Positions 21,898-32,223 of a stretch of 64,000 nucleotides of DNA are shown one piece after another. The notes beneath the pieces are model-generated. The model saw nothing but the letters and a program-made list of their open reading frames with translations, was not told the origin of the DNA and searched no databases. Source of the stretch: Escherichia coli phage KS_S14. Where the stretch lies: sequence record LC788706.1. One strand, written 5' to 3'. Position 1 is the stretch's first letter, and each line of letters starts with the position of its first letter. A program made the translations under genes and the position numbers.

Positions 21898-21916
21898 AAG
21901 GGGCCGAAGCCCCTCT
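21898..21916 (-). terminator. hairpin terminator after D11-position gene
   Basis: GGGGC-CGAA-GCCCC; T-run on minus strand. Confidence 0.55.
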
Positions 21917-21921
21917 ATTTA

Positions 21922-22695
21922 TTAGTCGTCCAGATCGCTTGCAGCTTCTGTGTCAATACCTTTCTGGGAGCCTGCATTGCTATTACCAGATTTGGCATCA
22001 TCATCTTTATTCTCACGACCCTCCATGAAGGCTTGAATTGCTTCTTTCTGCTCTTCATAGGTAGGAACCGGATAGGTTTGTTCCAGAGAAGGAACTTTTT
22101 CGAACTTAATGATGTCGCCATCTTCATCACACATAGCTTCACCGATCAGATCTACATCTGCAGCATATTGCTTAGATTCTGCACTGTTAGGATCTTGCAG
22201 CTTAATCTGGAACTGCATAGCAGCAATCTGCTGTACATCATACTCAGTATCGAAACCTTTACCTTTTTTCTCGATAGAAATATCAATATCAAACGGAGTT
22301 GCCAGATTCAACTGCTTCATGATAGACTGGATGCCTTTCAGAATAGTAGCCTTGACTTCCATTACTTTCAGTTTGTTATCAGAACGGTCGATAACAAAAG
22401 CGATATAGTTTTTCTTCGGTTTCAGCGGAACACGATTACCGTCTTTATCCAGCTCTTTCTCGAAGAAGCCCATCTCATGAACCGGATCAGCTTTACCACG
22501 AACAAAGCTCTCTTTGTCACGGTTAAAACGGAGACATTCAAAAGGAGCTACGTTACCCTCTTTATTAGTCAGCCAATAGACATAACGTGGAAGAACACCA
22601 GAAACGATACGGACACGAGTGATACCGTTGTTGAACTTCAGGAATTCGATTTTATCGTTAGAACCGCCAGTAGTTTCGCCCCAAGACTTAGCCAT
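21922..22695 (-). CDS. hypothetical protein (D11 position)
   Basis: 257-aa ORF, RBS agagga; followed by hairpin terminator. Confidence 0.5.
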   Translation of the reverse strand: MAKSWGETTGGSNDKIEFLKFNNGITRVRIVSGVLPRYVYWLTNKEGNVAPFECLRFNRDKESFVRGKADPVHEMGFFEKELDKDGNRVPLKPKKNYIAFVIDRSDNKLKVMEVKATILKGIQSIMKQLNLATPFDIDISIEKKGKGFDTEYDVQQIAAMQFQIKLQDPNSAESKQYAADVDLIGEAMCDEDGDIIKFEKVPSLEQTYPVPTYEEQKEAIQAFMEGRENKDDDAKSGNSNAGSQKGIDTEAASDLDD

Positions 22696-22972
22696 ATTTT
22701 ATTTCCTCTTTAAAGATTAATTTCGATTTGTTAATTGCGATTAGTGGGTTAGTGTCGATTACTAAACGTGGTATCCATACTGGAACATATTGTATGTTCA
22801 AACTAGGATCGTTTGTAAACTTGTATTCGGCATAATTTCGTAGACTTAAAATTCCTAGATATTCTGCCAGTTGTCTATTAGACAATTTATTTGGATTATC
22901 AACTATTGTTGACTCATTCAAAATGAATGAGTAACCGACCAATAATTGGTGAACATCAGGCTCTATGAGCAT
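22688..22972 (-). CDS. hypothetical protein
   Basis: 94-aa ORF downstream of tandem promoter copies. Confidence 0.4.
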   Translation of the reverse strand: MLIEPDVHQLLVGYSFILNESTIVDNPNKLSNRQLAEYLGILSLRNYAEYKFTNDPSLNIQYVPVWIPRLVIDTNPLIAINKSKLIFKEEIKYG

Positions 22973-23039
22973 TCTTTTGAATAACTTAATAATTAGGTCG
23001 GAATTTCCTCTAGCTAGTAAGTATAGCTTTTCATAATCG

Positions 23040-23230
23040 AAGAATTTAATTTTTGTTTTCTCCTCGAATTTATGTATATATTATACTAGATTTCGAGAGA
23101 ATTTAGCAACTAAAATTTTTATTTTTCTGCTTCGGACTTTCTTATCAATCCGAAACTTTCTCTCTCAAATTTATGTATATATTATACATCATTTATGAGC
23201 TGTTGCCAAATGCAATTTTAGCTAATTGAA
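23040..23230 (-). promoter_or_regulatory. two tandem promoter copies on minus strand
   Basis: Repeated block GAATTTATGTATATATTATA at ~23066-23085 and ~23168-23187 (plus-strand view), each with -10 TATAAT on minus strand and upstream TTGCTA / TTGGCA. Confidence 0.5.
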
Positions 23231-24545
23231 CTGCTTTCTCAGGAGTCATGGTAATAGTTTTCCACCCATTGTTACGATATACTGCCATACGTCCAGAAGC
23301 CTGCCTTAGTCCAGTGCCACCTTTCATAATTAGATCTACAACAATAGGGTCGAGTTTACCATCGACAATACGTTGAACACGTCCTGCAAGCTGTTCAATG
23401 AGAGATTCATTATTAATGAGGCTTCCCATTATTAAACAAGACAGCTCATTAAGGGAAATACCTTCAGAGAAGATACTTTGAGCTGCTGCAAGTACACAAG
23501 GCCCACCTTTTGCTATATCTTCCTGAATTTTTAATCGGTCATCCAAGTGAGTTGCCCCTATAATTTCATATGTTGTAACACCACGTTGTGCAAGAGCTTC
23601 TAGTACTGTTTGGATTAACTCTGTTCTATCACTTACAATGAGTACTTTATGTCCCATATTCACATATAAATGTGCTAGGTTTATAATAGTTTCTCGATAT
23701 TCAGGATGATTATACACATCATTAGCACGTAATGCCCACGGTACGTTTTGGTTTCCAGACAACTCAACTGGTACGGAGTACCTGTGGATTGTAGGTGCAA
23801 CAGTATTATTAACCGGTGGGCTAAAGATCTTATATCCAAAGAAATCTTTGAACATAACTTGTAGACCATCTTTACGTTTTAATGTTCCAGATAGCCCAAT
23901 CTTATAGCGAGCACATGATATTTCTAGGAAGTTAGTGAAAGTTGTAGCCACACAATGGTGAACTTCATCAACTATAACAGTACCGAATACTTTAGAAAGA
24001 TTATTCGCATGTTTATTCACTGTTTGAATATTACTGACTACAATTGGTGGATCAATATTGTATTTCCCAGAACCTATAATACCTGGCTCAAATCCAAACC
24101 ATTTACGAACTTCTGCTGCCCACATCTCACGAATAGATGTGTTAGTACAAATTACCAGAGTTTTCTGGCCAAATTTATACGCAAGTGCAAGGGCTAGGAT
24201 AGTTTTGCCAAATCCAGGCTTACCATTAATAATACAGGTATCATCACACTCTTCATATATTGGGAGCTGGTCTTCTTCACGCAGCTTGAACTTAGGTTTT
24301 GGTATATCTACCGGAGCTAATGTGCGTTTATCGACTAATTCGTATTTTACTCCTTTAGCATCTAGTAAGTCCAGACGCGTAATAGGAATCCACTTAATCT
24401 CTTTGGCAACAACACCACTATTCTTATACATAATAGGGTATTTACTAGTCATTGTCTCAATGTGATAAGTGGTTTGCTTACTACAATAATCCCAAAGTTC
24501 ATCATCGGGCTTGAAATAGGCTTTATTAGATATAACAACCTTCAT
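23193..24545 (-). CDS. SF2 DNA helicase (T5 D10-like)
   Basis: 450 aa; Walker A GKPGFGKT, DEVHH box. Confidence 0.75.
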   Translation of the reverse strand: MKVVISNKAYFKPDDELWDYCSKQTTYHIETMTSKYPIMYKNSGVVAKEIKWIPITRLDLLDAKGVKYELVDKRTLAPVDIPKPKFKLREEDQLPIYEECDDTCIINGKPGFGKTILALALAYKFGQKTLVICTNTSIREMWAAEVRKWFGFEPGIIGSGKYNIDPPIVVSNIQTVNKHANNLSKVFGTVIVDEVHHCVATTFTNFLEISCARYKIGLSGTLKRKDGLQVMFKDFFGYKIFSPPVNNTVAPTIHRYSVPVELSGNQNVPWALRANDVYNHPEYRETIINLAHLYVNMGHKVLIVSDRTELIQTVLEALAQRGVTTYEIIGATHLDDRLKIQEDIAKGGPCVLAAAQSIFSEGISLNELSCLIMGSLINNESLIEQLAGRVQRIVDGKLDPIVVDLIMKGGTGLRQASGRMAVYRNNGWKTITMTPEKAVQLAKIAFGNSS

Positions 24546-25039
24546 AATTTTATTCTAAGTCTAGGAATTTCAGGCTCCTCTTGATGGACTTGATAAATAA
24601 CAGGGCTATTATTTACCAGAATATAGCTTATATAAGCTGGAACATAGGATAATACAAATGGATAAGGAACTTTAGCCACATAGCATTGGTATTTTCCATT
24701 ATAAATTCTAGCTGAATGCAAAACTTTAGAGGTGACAACATCATAGAACGTAGTTTTCTTCCAGTTAATAAGATTTCCATCAGAATCTATAAATTGGCTA
24801 CGCTTTGACCCAACTAATTGAGACAACATTGATATTCTACCTCTAATAGGGTAGAGCTTGTATGGTAATTCTTTCCGTTTCTCAAATAGAATAAGTCTAC
24901 GTTGAGAAAACGTGCCAGGCAACTTCCTGTTATCTAGCACATATTTATTATATCTTGTTGTAATTACGGAATAATCACCTTCTTGCTCAATTGATACAAA
25001 CGCCCGTAAAGCATATACGGGCAATTTGAAATTAAGCAC
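24542..25039 (-). CDS. hypothetical protein
   Basis: 165-aa ORF coupled to polymerase gene. Confidence 0.45.
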   Translation of the reverse strand: MLNFKLPVYALRAFVSIEQEGDYSVITTRYNKYVLDNRKLPGTFSQRRLILFEKRKELPYKLYPIRGRISMLSQLVGSKRSQFIDSDGNLINWKKTTFYDVVTSKVLHSARIYNGKYQCYVAKVPYPFVLSYVPAYISYILVNNSPVIYQVHQEEPEIPRLRIKL

Positions 25040-27599
25040 CGAGAATCCTTCTCACGTTATCCAAATCTTTACATATAGCAATAAACTTATCATCCTTGTA
25101 CTTGCTATGATCTGGATGCTCTTTATCCATTGCAGCTAGTTTCTTATACTCGAACTCTGCATCAAGTAATACACCCTTGACATAACGAGTATATTCATCA
25201 TCATCAATACAAGCGATTGATGGGTGCTGTTTCTTCATCTTACCACAAGAATAGTCACGAGAACCTCCTGCTTCAGAATCTGAATCAATACCAATCGGAC
25301 AGCCAGGAATACTAATACCACGGTCTTTCTGAATATTACGAATCAGGATTTCATTGTATTGGTCGATCAAGTCTTCACGAACAATAGCAACTACGGAGTC
25401 ATGAACTAGCATAACAATCTTCATCTCTTGTTCTAGGCCAAGAGAAATGATCTCATTATCTGCATCTACAGCACCTAAAAGGAGACTGTCGGAAGAAGCA
25501 GACTGAATGATTGCGTTAAATCCAGAACGGATTTCTTCACCCTGAACACCACGGTCTTCGGAATGGATATTATGCAGACGACGTTTACGACCAAAGTGAC
25601 TATAGATAAATCCATGATTCTTGATCTGGTCGTGACACTTATCAATCCAACGCTTAAGCTGCGGGAACTGACCGAAGTAAGTTTCGATATAGTCCTTCGC
25701 ATCCGCAACAGTACACTCTACAAACGGTTCACCTGTCTTAGCAGCCTGTTCCAGAAGAGCTTCGTTAACAGAATGAGCTACTTTAGCCGGGCCAGAACCA
25801 TACAGAATACCAAAGGTGATTGCTTTAGCAGCCTGACGCAGAGCTGGGAATAACTTTTTAACATCACGAGGCTCGCATTGGAGTTTAAATACCATGTGTG
25901 CGATGTTAGAGTGGAAGTCAGGGTATTTATCAGGTTCATTTCTCATGTTGATAAATACTTGTTGCATATTTCTATCCCCAGATAGAACAGCAGCATAATA
26001 AACTTCCGCAGTTGTTAAGTCCCATGCAATTACACGATACCCGGGAGGAGCTACTACACAACCCTTGATAATAGATTCATCACGAGGTAACTGTTGCAGG
26101 TTCAGTTTACCAGAAGAACTCAGACGACCAGAAGTAGTCATATGTTCATGGAAACCAGTACGAATGCAACCATCTGCATCAATACTCAGAAGAATCTTCT
26201 CAACATAAGTAGAGATCAGCTTAGTCAGCTTACGAATCTCTAGTAGAGTCTTAGCAATTGGATGCTGCGTAGCCAGTTCATTCAGAGCTTCTGCATCTGT
26301 AGAGTCTGCCCCAGTATCCGTCAATTTACCTGTTGGAGTTAAGCCAACATAATCAAACAGAAGAACACGCAGTTGCTTAACAGAGTTTGGGTTAAACGCC
26401 TCGTTCTGGTCTTTTTCTAGCTGAACGACTTCTGGATAAGTATACAGTTTCTCACGAGCCTTATTCAGATTATGGGTTAACTGGTACTGAGCTTCTTTTA
26501 AACGATCAATAGAAATAGGTACACCACGATCCTCAACACGCTGGAGAAATACACAACCAGGCATTAGGACATCATAATACAGACTGCAAAGTTTTTCATT
26601 CTTCTCAATTTTTGGTAAGAAGAAGTTGTGCAAACGTATGGTGGCATCGGTATCTTTTGCAGCGTAAGGCCACATAATATCAAACGGAATTAAATCATAG
26701 GTGAAATCTTCTTTCTTGATTTTATGTGCTTTGCAGTAATCCTCCTTGAACTTATCTAGTTCAAAGTCATAGTCGCCCATATCGGTATACTTCATTGCTA
26801 GAGATTTCAAGCCATGAGTACCACGACGCTCATCTAGAACATAATGCTGCAACATGGTATCATGGAGCCTGCGTTCTTTATGTGCTTTATCAAAAGTAAG
26901 TCCCAGATGGTACTTATAAAAGTGCATATCAAACTTCAAGTTGTGAAAAACAATAGTGTGGTTTTCACTATCCAGAATTTTCTGGAGATAATATACTGCA
27001 ACCTCTGTGAGACAATCAGAATCGATATATACACCCTGATACTCTTGGTGAGACATAGAAACACCAAGCAGATAACCATCTCGACAGTATAGTGCTGAGG
27101 TTTCGGAGTCGAATGCGACAGGTCCGATAACCATATTATACACCATCTTGATATATTCTTCCGCCTCGTCAGGGTCAGTAATAGGACGGTAATCACCAGC
27201 TTTTGCAATCTTCTCACGACCATTGATAATATCGTGGATATTCTCTACTGTTGCATCGAAAACTGGTTTCATTTCAGGCTTAAAGTGTAACTGGGCGGGG
27301 CTGATACTCGCAATCCAGTTAGCATATCCATTATACTCTACACGTTTACCAGTATAGTCACCAATGCCTTTCTTACCTGCAAAGTACAGGAAAGGCTCGG
27401 CACCTACCAGTATAACAAAATCATAATCATTCGGGTCAAATGGGTTTTCCGGAGTCCCGATAGTAATATGCTTTTTGAGCAAACGACCGGATAACTTCTC
27501 GTTACACATATGGAATACATCAACTTCCTCGCCGTATAGCTGGAAATGTTTATCATAACGAGTGTTATTTAGAGCTTTATCAACTACTGCGATTTTCAA
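25032..27599 (-). CDS. DNA polymerase, family A, with 3'-5' exonuclease domain
   Basis: 855 aa; motif B RQAAKAITFGILYGSG, motif C LVHDS; N-terminal exo region. Confidence 0.9.
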   Translation of the reverse strand: MKIAVVDKALNNTRYDKHFQLYGEEVDVFHMCNEKLSGRLLKKHITIGTPENPFDPNDYDFVILVGAEPFLYFAGKKGIGDYTGKRVEYNGYANWIASISPAQLHFKPEMKPVFDATVENIHDIINGREKIAKAGDYRPITDPDEAEEYIKMVYNMVIGPVAFDSETSALYCRDGYLLGVSMSHQEYQGVYIDSDCLTEVAVYYLQKILDSENHTIVFHNLKFDMHFYKYHLGLTFDKAHKERRLHDTMLQHYVLDERRGTHGLKSLAMKYTDMGDYDFELDKFKEDYCKAHKIKKEDFTYDLIPFDIMWPYAAKDTDATIRLHNFFLPKIEKNEKLCSLYYDVLMPGCVFLQRVEDRGVPISIDRLKEAQYQLTHNLNKAREKLYTYPEVVQLEKDQNEAFNPNSVKQLRVLLFDYVGLTPTGKLTDTGADSTDAEALNELATQHPIAKTLLEIRKLTKLISTYVEKILLSIDADGCIRTGFHEHMTTSGRLSSSGKLNLQQLPRDESIIKGCVVAPPGYRVIAWDLTTAEVYYAAVLSGDRNMQQVFINMRNEPDKYPDFHSNIAHMVFKLQCEPRDVKKLFPALRQAAKAITFGILYGSGPAKVAHSVNEALLEQAAKTGEPFVECTVADAKDYIETYFGQFPQLKRWIDKCHDQIKNHGFIYSHFGRKRRLHNIHSEDRGVQGEEIRSGFNAIIQSASSDSLLLGAVDADNEIISLGLEQEMKIVMLVHDSVVAIVREDLIDQYNEILIRNIQKDRGISIPGCPIGIDSDSEAGGSRDYSCGKMKKQHPSIACIDDDEYTRYVKGVLLDAEFEYKKLAAMDKEHPDHSKYKDDKFIAICKDLDNVRRILGA

Positions 27600-27654
27600 A
27601 TTTAATCTCCTCTTGGTAAGTAAGTATAACTTCAGTGTTTCTTCTCTAACTTAC

Positions 27655-27695
27655 CAATATATTATATCAAAATATTGGGATAATAGCAAATACTA
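27655..27695 (-). promoter_or_regulatory. T5-type promoter (minus strand) upstream of DNA polymerase gene
   Basis: Plus-strand attata 27661-66 and tagcaa 27684-89 = minus-strand TATAAT and TTGCTA, 17-bp spacer. Confidence 0.55.
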
Positions 27696-28022
27696 TTTAT
27701 AGGTGTGAAGTAATTTACGCATTTCATTGCGCTGCTTTTCTAGTACCCGAAATTCTTCATCTATACGCAGAAAAGCATCTAGCGCTTTCATAGATTGCTC
27801 AGTATTTTCTACAACAGCCCAATCATATGTTAGGTATACCTCTTGACCTGTATCTTTTACTTTAAAGTAAATATAAGATGCAGGTAATTTAGGATCACCA
27901 AATAAATGGAAATTCTTTCGTTTATTAAGGGACTCCAGTGTTGTAAACCGCTCTAGTTTAACCTCTTTGTGTGTTACACTATCATACACTGGAACATCCG
28001 CATAAATATATACATATTCCAT
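27693..28022 (-). CDS. hypothetical protein
   Basis: 109-aa ORF. Confidence 0.45.
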   Translation of the reverse strand: MEYVYIYADVPVYDSVTHKEVKLERFTTLESLNKRKNFHLFGDPKLPASYIYFKVKDTGQEVYLTYDWAVVENTEQSMKALDAFLRIDEEFRVLEKQRNEMRKLLHTYK

Positions 28023-28048
28023 AGTAGCTCCTCAGTTATTTAGGACTA

Positions 28049-28939
28049 TTATACCAAATCTTTAAGCGATTCAGCAACTAAAATTTCAATACGTTTTGCT
28101 AACATATCAATTTCATCTTTGTTTAAATCACCTGGATCTTTGCCTTCAGGTAGGAGAAAGTTAGCAACTACAGGTGTTAAACGCGTTTTTGTACGAATTA
28201 GCTTAGCCAATGCTTGTGCAGCTTTATTACCAGAAGCATCATTATCTAGTAAGATAACAACAACTTTTACACCAGCAATAATATAAGGACTGAACTTATC
28301 TGCAATGTTATCCGAAGTAAACTGATGTGTACCAAAGCAGCAAGAAGCATAGTCTATACCATTATCCTCTAGGTTCAGCATATCAAAGATACCTTCAACT
28401 AGAATAAGAACTGGAGTATTATATCGTACAGGGAAAATCGGTGGTGAAACTTGTTTTGGTTTTACTAAGTATTTAGGAGGGGCAGAACTGTTTATAGAAC
28501 GACCCAAAAATAGGATATTGCGTCCAACAGCATCTGTGATTGGGAATACAATTCTGCCTTCCCAGTCTGCTTGGTGTTGGAAAGCAAAATATTTCTTCAA
28601 GGTCTTAGAACTTATACCTCGGAAATCACCTTCGAAAAGGTAAGCAGATTCAGGAATTGCAAGATTCGTAGATCCATTCCTAATCTCTGAAATCTTTTTA
28701 CGTACCTGCGATAGTCTTGGAGACTGTCGGTACTGAGTCTCATTAAAATAATGGTAAATGCTCGGTATACCTTTACCGAAGCCACAACTCAAGCAGTGCA
28801 TAATACCTGTTTCAGGGTCAATACGCAAACTTGGGTGTTTATCGTCATGATCTGGATTGAGACAACAGATGAGGATGTCCCCACCTGTGTCTTTATATTC
28901 AATGCCTTTCAGATCAAGTAGTTCTGTTATTCTACTCAT
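28049..28939 (-). CDS. DNA primase (zinc-binding + Toprim)
   Basis: 296 aa; Cys/His cluster CLNPDHDDKHPS...HCLSCGFGKG and Toprim-like VLILVEGIFDMLNLEDNG. Confidence 0.75.
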   Translation of the reverse strand: MSRITELLDLKGIEYKDTGGDILICCLNPDHDDKHPSLRIDPETGIMHCLSCGFGKGIPSIYHYFNETQYRQSPRLSQVRKKISEIRNGSTNLAIPESAYLFEGDFRGISSKTLKKYFAFQHQADWEGRIVFPITDAVGRNILFLGRSINSSAPPKYLVKPKQVSPPIFPVRYNTPVLILVEGIFDMLNLEDNGIDYASCCFGTHQFTSDNIADKFSPYIIAGVKVVVILLDNDASGNKAAQALAKLIRTKTRLTPVVANFLLPEGKDPGDLNKDEIDMLAKRIEILVAESLKDLV

Positions 28940-30408
28940 ATATCGCTGGCCTGTTCACCTGTTGAATTTTCAGCTTTGTCTTTCTTAGCACGTTTAGATT
29001 GAGCCGGCTTATCCTTCTCAATAGGGATAACGAACTCAGCTTCCATTTGAGATATATCTTCCATTGCTAGGTTGGTAGTGTTATCCATCCGCAGGGTTTC
29101 CCAGTTCATTTTAGGCATAAACTTCACGCTATCAGAAGAACGAGTCTTAACGAAGTCAAACATAATAGCACCTTGACCATTATCAGCTTTTGCAGCATTA
29201 AGATTAGCAGCCATGTCTGCAGAATCAAGAATCCCCTTTGACATACGTGTTCTACCATCTTGATCGATCTGGTAAGGAGCTACACCAGCCACGTTATGTT
29301 TCTGGCAGATGGATTTGAAAGACGAGCTAACAACCATCTGTTCTTTCCAGTCATACATATCAATGGTTTTAGAGTCTGGAAGTCTGGTTTGGTTAATATA
29401 GTCCAGTAAAGCTACTGTAACTTTATCCCCATATCTAGCAACTAATTTATTTAATTCTACATCAACTGTTGTAATAGACAGCTCAGGGTCATAAACAATA
29501 ATCATAGGAGTATGTAGCTCATACCCTTCTATTAGCTTACTCTCCATATCGTAGAAATCACTCATCTTAGCCATTGTGTACTGTTTAACGAAGTTGTCGA
29601 AAAGCTCTTCACCACCATTAAACATTCTAGCTCTAGTTCTGGCTAATCTCAACAGAGCTGCACCTTCTAGAGTATTATTACGCATTGCTAGTGCTGATAC
29701 ACCAGCTAACATGGCTAGATTACGTCTAAATACTTCATGTTCTTTCATTTCAATTGAGAAGTATGGAGCAATATCTCCATTCAAATATTGCTGAACCTGT
29801 ATGTTTGAACAGATAATGGATTTACCAGTACCACGCCAACCACCAAGCAGTAACGTTTCTGTGCGAGCTAAACCAATTTGAGCGTCGAACTCATTACAAA
29901 TACCAAGAGCGATTAAGTTCAGTTTGGTATCTTCTTCTCTCTGGAAAATACGCATGTTATCTGCGTTGAATACTTTTCCAGTATTCGTTACTTTCTCTTC
30001 TAATTTTAAGTGAAGGGAGGCAACTCGGTTGAGAATTTCTCCCTGATCCAGCATTGTTAAATCTTGAAGCACGTCTGTTTCTAGAAGCTTCAGGAATAAA
30101 TCCTGTGTATATTCAGCCTCTAGGACTTCAAGTGCCTGTTCCATGCTAACTTCTGGAATTTGAGTGTTAGCTAAAACGACTAGAGCTTGAGAAAGGCGGG
30201 CGTTCCTATTAGCCTCAAGCATCAGTGCGTCAATGGACGGCATTGTGTTATATTTTTTATAATAATTCTGGACGGCTTGGTAAATTGAGGAGAAAGCGTC
30301 ATTAAAATGATCTTTATGCAGTTTTGAGAATGTTTCCAATGCTATTTGCTTCTGTTCGGAAGCTAGAAGCATCTTCAACACTACAGCTTGCACGTTAAAC
30401 AAGGTCAT
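28936..30408 (-). CDS. replicative DNA helicase (DnaB-like)
   Basis: Walker A GGWRGTGKS; start taken at MTLFNV with RBS aaggag (ORF track gives longer 30459 start). Confidence 0.75.
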   Translation of the reverse strand: MTLFNVQAVVLKMLLASEQKQIALETFSKLHKDHFNDAFSSIYQAVQNYYKKYNTMPSIDALMLEANRNARLSQALVVLANTQIPEVSMEQALEVLEAEYTQDLFLKLLETDVLQDLTMLDQGEILNRVASLHLKLEEKVTNTGKVFNADNMRIFQREEDTKLNLIALGICNEFDAQIGLARTETLLLGGWRGTGKSIICSNIQVQQYLNGDIAPYFSIEMKEHEVFRRNLAMLAGVSALAMRNNTLEGAALLRLARTRARMFNGGEELFDNFVKQYTMAKMSDFYDMESKLIEGYELHTPMIIVYDPELSITTVDVELNKLVARYGDKVTVALLDYINQTRLPDSKTIDMYDWKEQMVVSSSFKSICQKHNVAGVAPYQIDQDGRTRMSKGILDSADMAANLNAAKADNGQGAIMFDFVKTRSSDSVKFMPKMNWETLRMDNTTNLAMEDISQMEAEFVIPIEKDKPAQSKRAKKDKAENSTGEQASDI

Positions 30409-30490
30409 TCTCCTTTGCACGCTTTCGTGCCTTCTAAATGCAAAAAGGGGAAGGAGCATAGCCCCCTCCCCTTAGGTTTAATTTACCAGA

Positions 30491-31258
30491 TTATTCAGCA
30501 GCCGCAGCTTTTGCATCCAGTTTAGCACGCTTAGCGGCACCATCATAGTCCTTAGCAACCAGACCACGACGAGACAACATAGATTTAACACCACGCTCAG
30601 ACTTACCAGTTTTCTCAGCGATCTCAGCAACGGTCATGTTAACCAGATCCAGACCTTCTAGCAGATCTTCACGAGTTTTAGCACTTGAAGTTTCCTGTAC
30701 CGGCATAGCAGCGATACGACCTTCACGAAGCAGGCTCAGAGCTTTACCACGGATCTGCTTGATATTACGACCGAAGTGAGCAGCGATAGCTTCAATAGTA
30801 GCTCCAGCAACAACCTGATTAACAAAATCGGTTTCTTCATCAGGAGTGAAGGAACGAACAGCAGCAGCTTTTTCAGTTGGTTTAACAGAGGCGGTCATTT
30901 CCAGACTCAGGATCTTACCCTGTACCTGCTTAGCACCAAATTGACCACCAACTACAGCAGCAGCGATTTCAGCATAAGTATACTGACCAGCATGAGCGTT
31001 CAGGAAATCAACCAGTTCAGCTTCCTGCTCAGGAGTCCATGGGGATTTCTGTACTTCGTTAGCTTTCTGTACTTCAAAACCTTCTTTACGCAGTTTAGAG
31101 CCAACAGAGCGAGCAGTAACATCTTTGCCAGTTTCAGCAGCCAGTTCAGCAGCAATAGCAGCTACTTGTTCTTGAGAGATTACAGAAACACCCAGAGCGG
31201 TGGCTTTTGCTTTCAGAGACTCGGTTACACCTTCTACGTTCCAGTTCAGTTTAGACAT
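30491..31258 (-). CDS. putative DNA-binding protein (D5 position)
   Basis: 255-aa Ala/Lys-rich ORF with repeated helix-rich segments; synteny only. Confidence 0.45.
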   Translation of the reverse strand: MSKLNWNVEGVTESLKAKATALGVSVISQEQVAAIAAELAAETGKDVTARSVGSKLRKEGFEVQKANEVQKSPWTPEQEAELVDFLNAHAGQYTYAEIAAAVVGGQFGAKQVQGKILSLEMTASVKPTEKAAAVRSFTPDEETDFVNQVVAGATIEAIAAHFGRNIKQIRGKALSLLREGRIAAMPVQETSSAKTREDLLEGLDLVNMTVAEIAEKTGKSERGVKSMLSRRGLVAKDYDGAAKRAKLDAKAAAAE

Positions 31259-32024
31259 TATTATTTTTCTCCAATAGTTCTTTAATCGACAGGATTTCTA
31301 TCCCATTCGTTTCGGCTTTCTTATAAGATGAGGAAGAACGCTTCGATTCATCCTCACAGATTAGGTATTTGACGTCTTTGGTAACGGATTTCTTAACCGT
31401 GTATCCTAGACCTTCTAAATAGTTTGTTGCATCCGTTCGGTTTGCAAAGTCTTGCAAAGATCCGGTAATACATACCGCGATTCCATTTGGCTGGGCAACT
31501 AAATCATCAGTAACGACGGTTTTAGCTTTAGCACCAGTTGAGAATTTCCACGGTAATTCGATAACATCCTTGCCTTGTGGGGAATTTAGCCAGGCTTTAT
31601 AGTTTTCTCCAGCCTTGCCGTCAGCCTTCACATCGTGAAAGCCAGTGCAATTTTGGGATAATTTCTTTGCTGCAACCTCTCCAATTAGAGGGATTCCTAA
31701 AGAACCGAGAACTGAACCAAAGTCAATGTCTCCGCGAACTTTAGTATTTAATTCGCTAATTAACTTAGCGGCAACCTTGCTACCCACGGCTCTAACCAAA
31801 TCTTCTTCGGTTAGGTAAAATAGTTCTGAAATCTTCGTCAGCTCCAGCTTCTCAATAGTTTTCGGGCCAAAGCCCTTTAACTTCATTTTTGTACAGAAGT
31901 TCTCAATTAACTTACTTGATTGCGCTGGACAGTTGGACTTATTCCGACAGAATAATTGTCCGTTGACAAGATCTAGCTTAGAACCACAAGAGGGACATTG
32001 TGTTGGAATTTCGATTTTCATCAA
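31251..32024 (-). CDS. NAD-dependent DNA ligase, C-terminal part (Zn-finger, HhH, BRCT-like)
   Basis: 257 aa; CPSCGSKL...C..C zinc-finger-like start, GFGPKT HhH-like motif. Confidence 0.75.
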   Translation of the reverse strand: MMKIEIPTQCPSCGSKLDLVNGQLFCRNKSNCPAQSSKLIENFCTKMKLKGFGPKTIEKLELTKISELFYLTEEDLVRAVGSKVAAKLISELNTKVRGDIDFGSVLGSLGIPLIGEVAAKKLSQNCTGFHDVKADGKAGENYKAWLNSPQGKDVIELPWKFSTGAKAKTVVTDDLVAQPNGIAVCITGSLQDFANRTDATNYLEGLGYTVKKSVTKDVKYLICEDESKRSSSSYKKAETNGIEILSIKELLEKNNNV

Positions 32025-32044
32025 ATTTCTTCCTTATCAATTTA

Positions 32045-32090
32045 TATAAATATTATAGCAAGTATTTAAGCATTTAGCAACTACAATTTT
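32045..32090 (-). promoter_or_regulatory. T5-type promoter (minus strand) upstream of ligase C-terminal gene
   Basis: attata 32052-57, tagcaa 32075-80, 17-bp spacer. Confidence 0.55.
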
Positions 32091-32139
32091 AACTAACTTT
32101 GCTTACCCTCGCCATAACTTTCTATCCCTCAACTGAATG

Positions 32140-32185
32140 ATAATAGTATATACCTAAGCGGCGAAAATGTCAATAACCACTTTAT
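32140..32185 (-). promoter_or_regulatory. sigma70 consensus-like promoter (TTGACA type) on minus strand in ligase spacer
   Basis: Minus strand reads TTGACATTTTCGCCGCTTAGGTATATACT (TTGACA, 17 bp, TATACT). Confidence 0.4.
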
Positions 32186-32223
32186 AATTCCGATATGGTA
32201 GATGGGTAGCAAAGGGTTATGTA

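Noticed and set aside
22033-22713. 226-aa plus-strand ORF antisense to the D11-position gene
   Set aside because: No promoter or RBS, low-complexity translation, fully inside a minus-strand gene
30776-31285. 169-aa plus-strand ORF antisense to the D5-position gene
   Set aside because: Ser/Phe-rich low-complexity shadow ORF without translation signals
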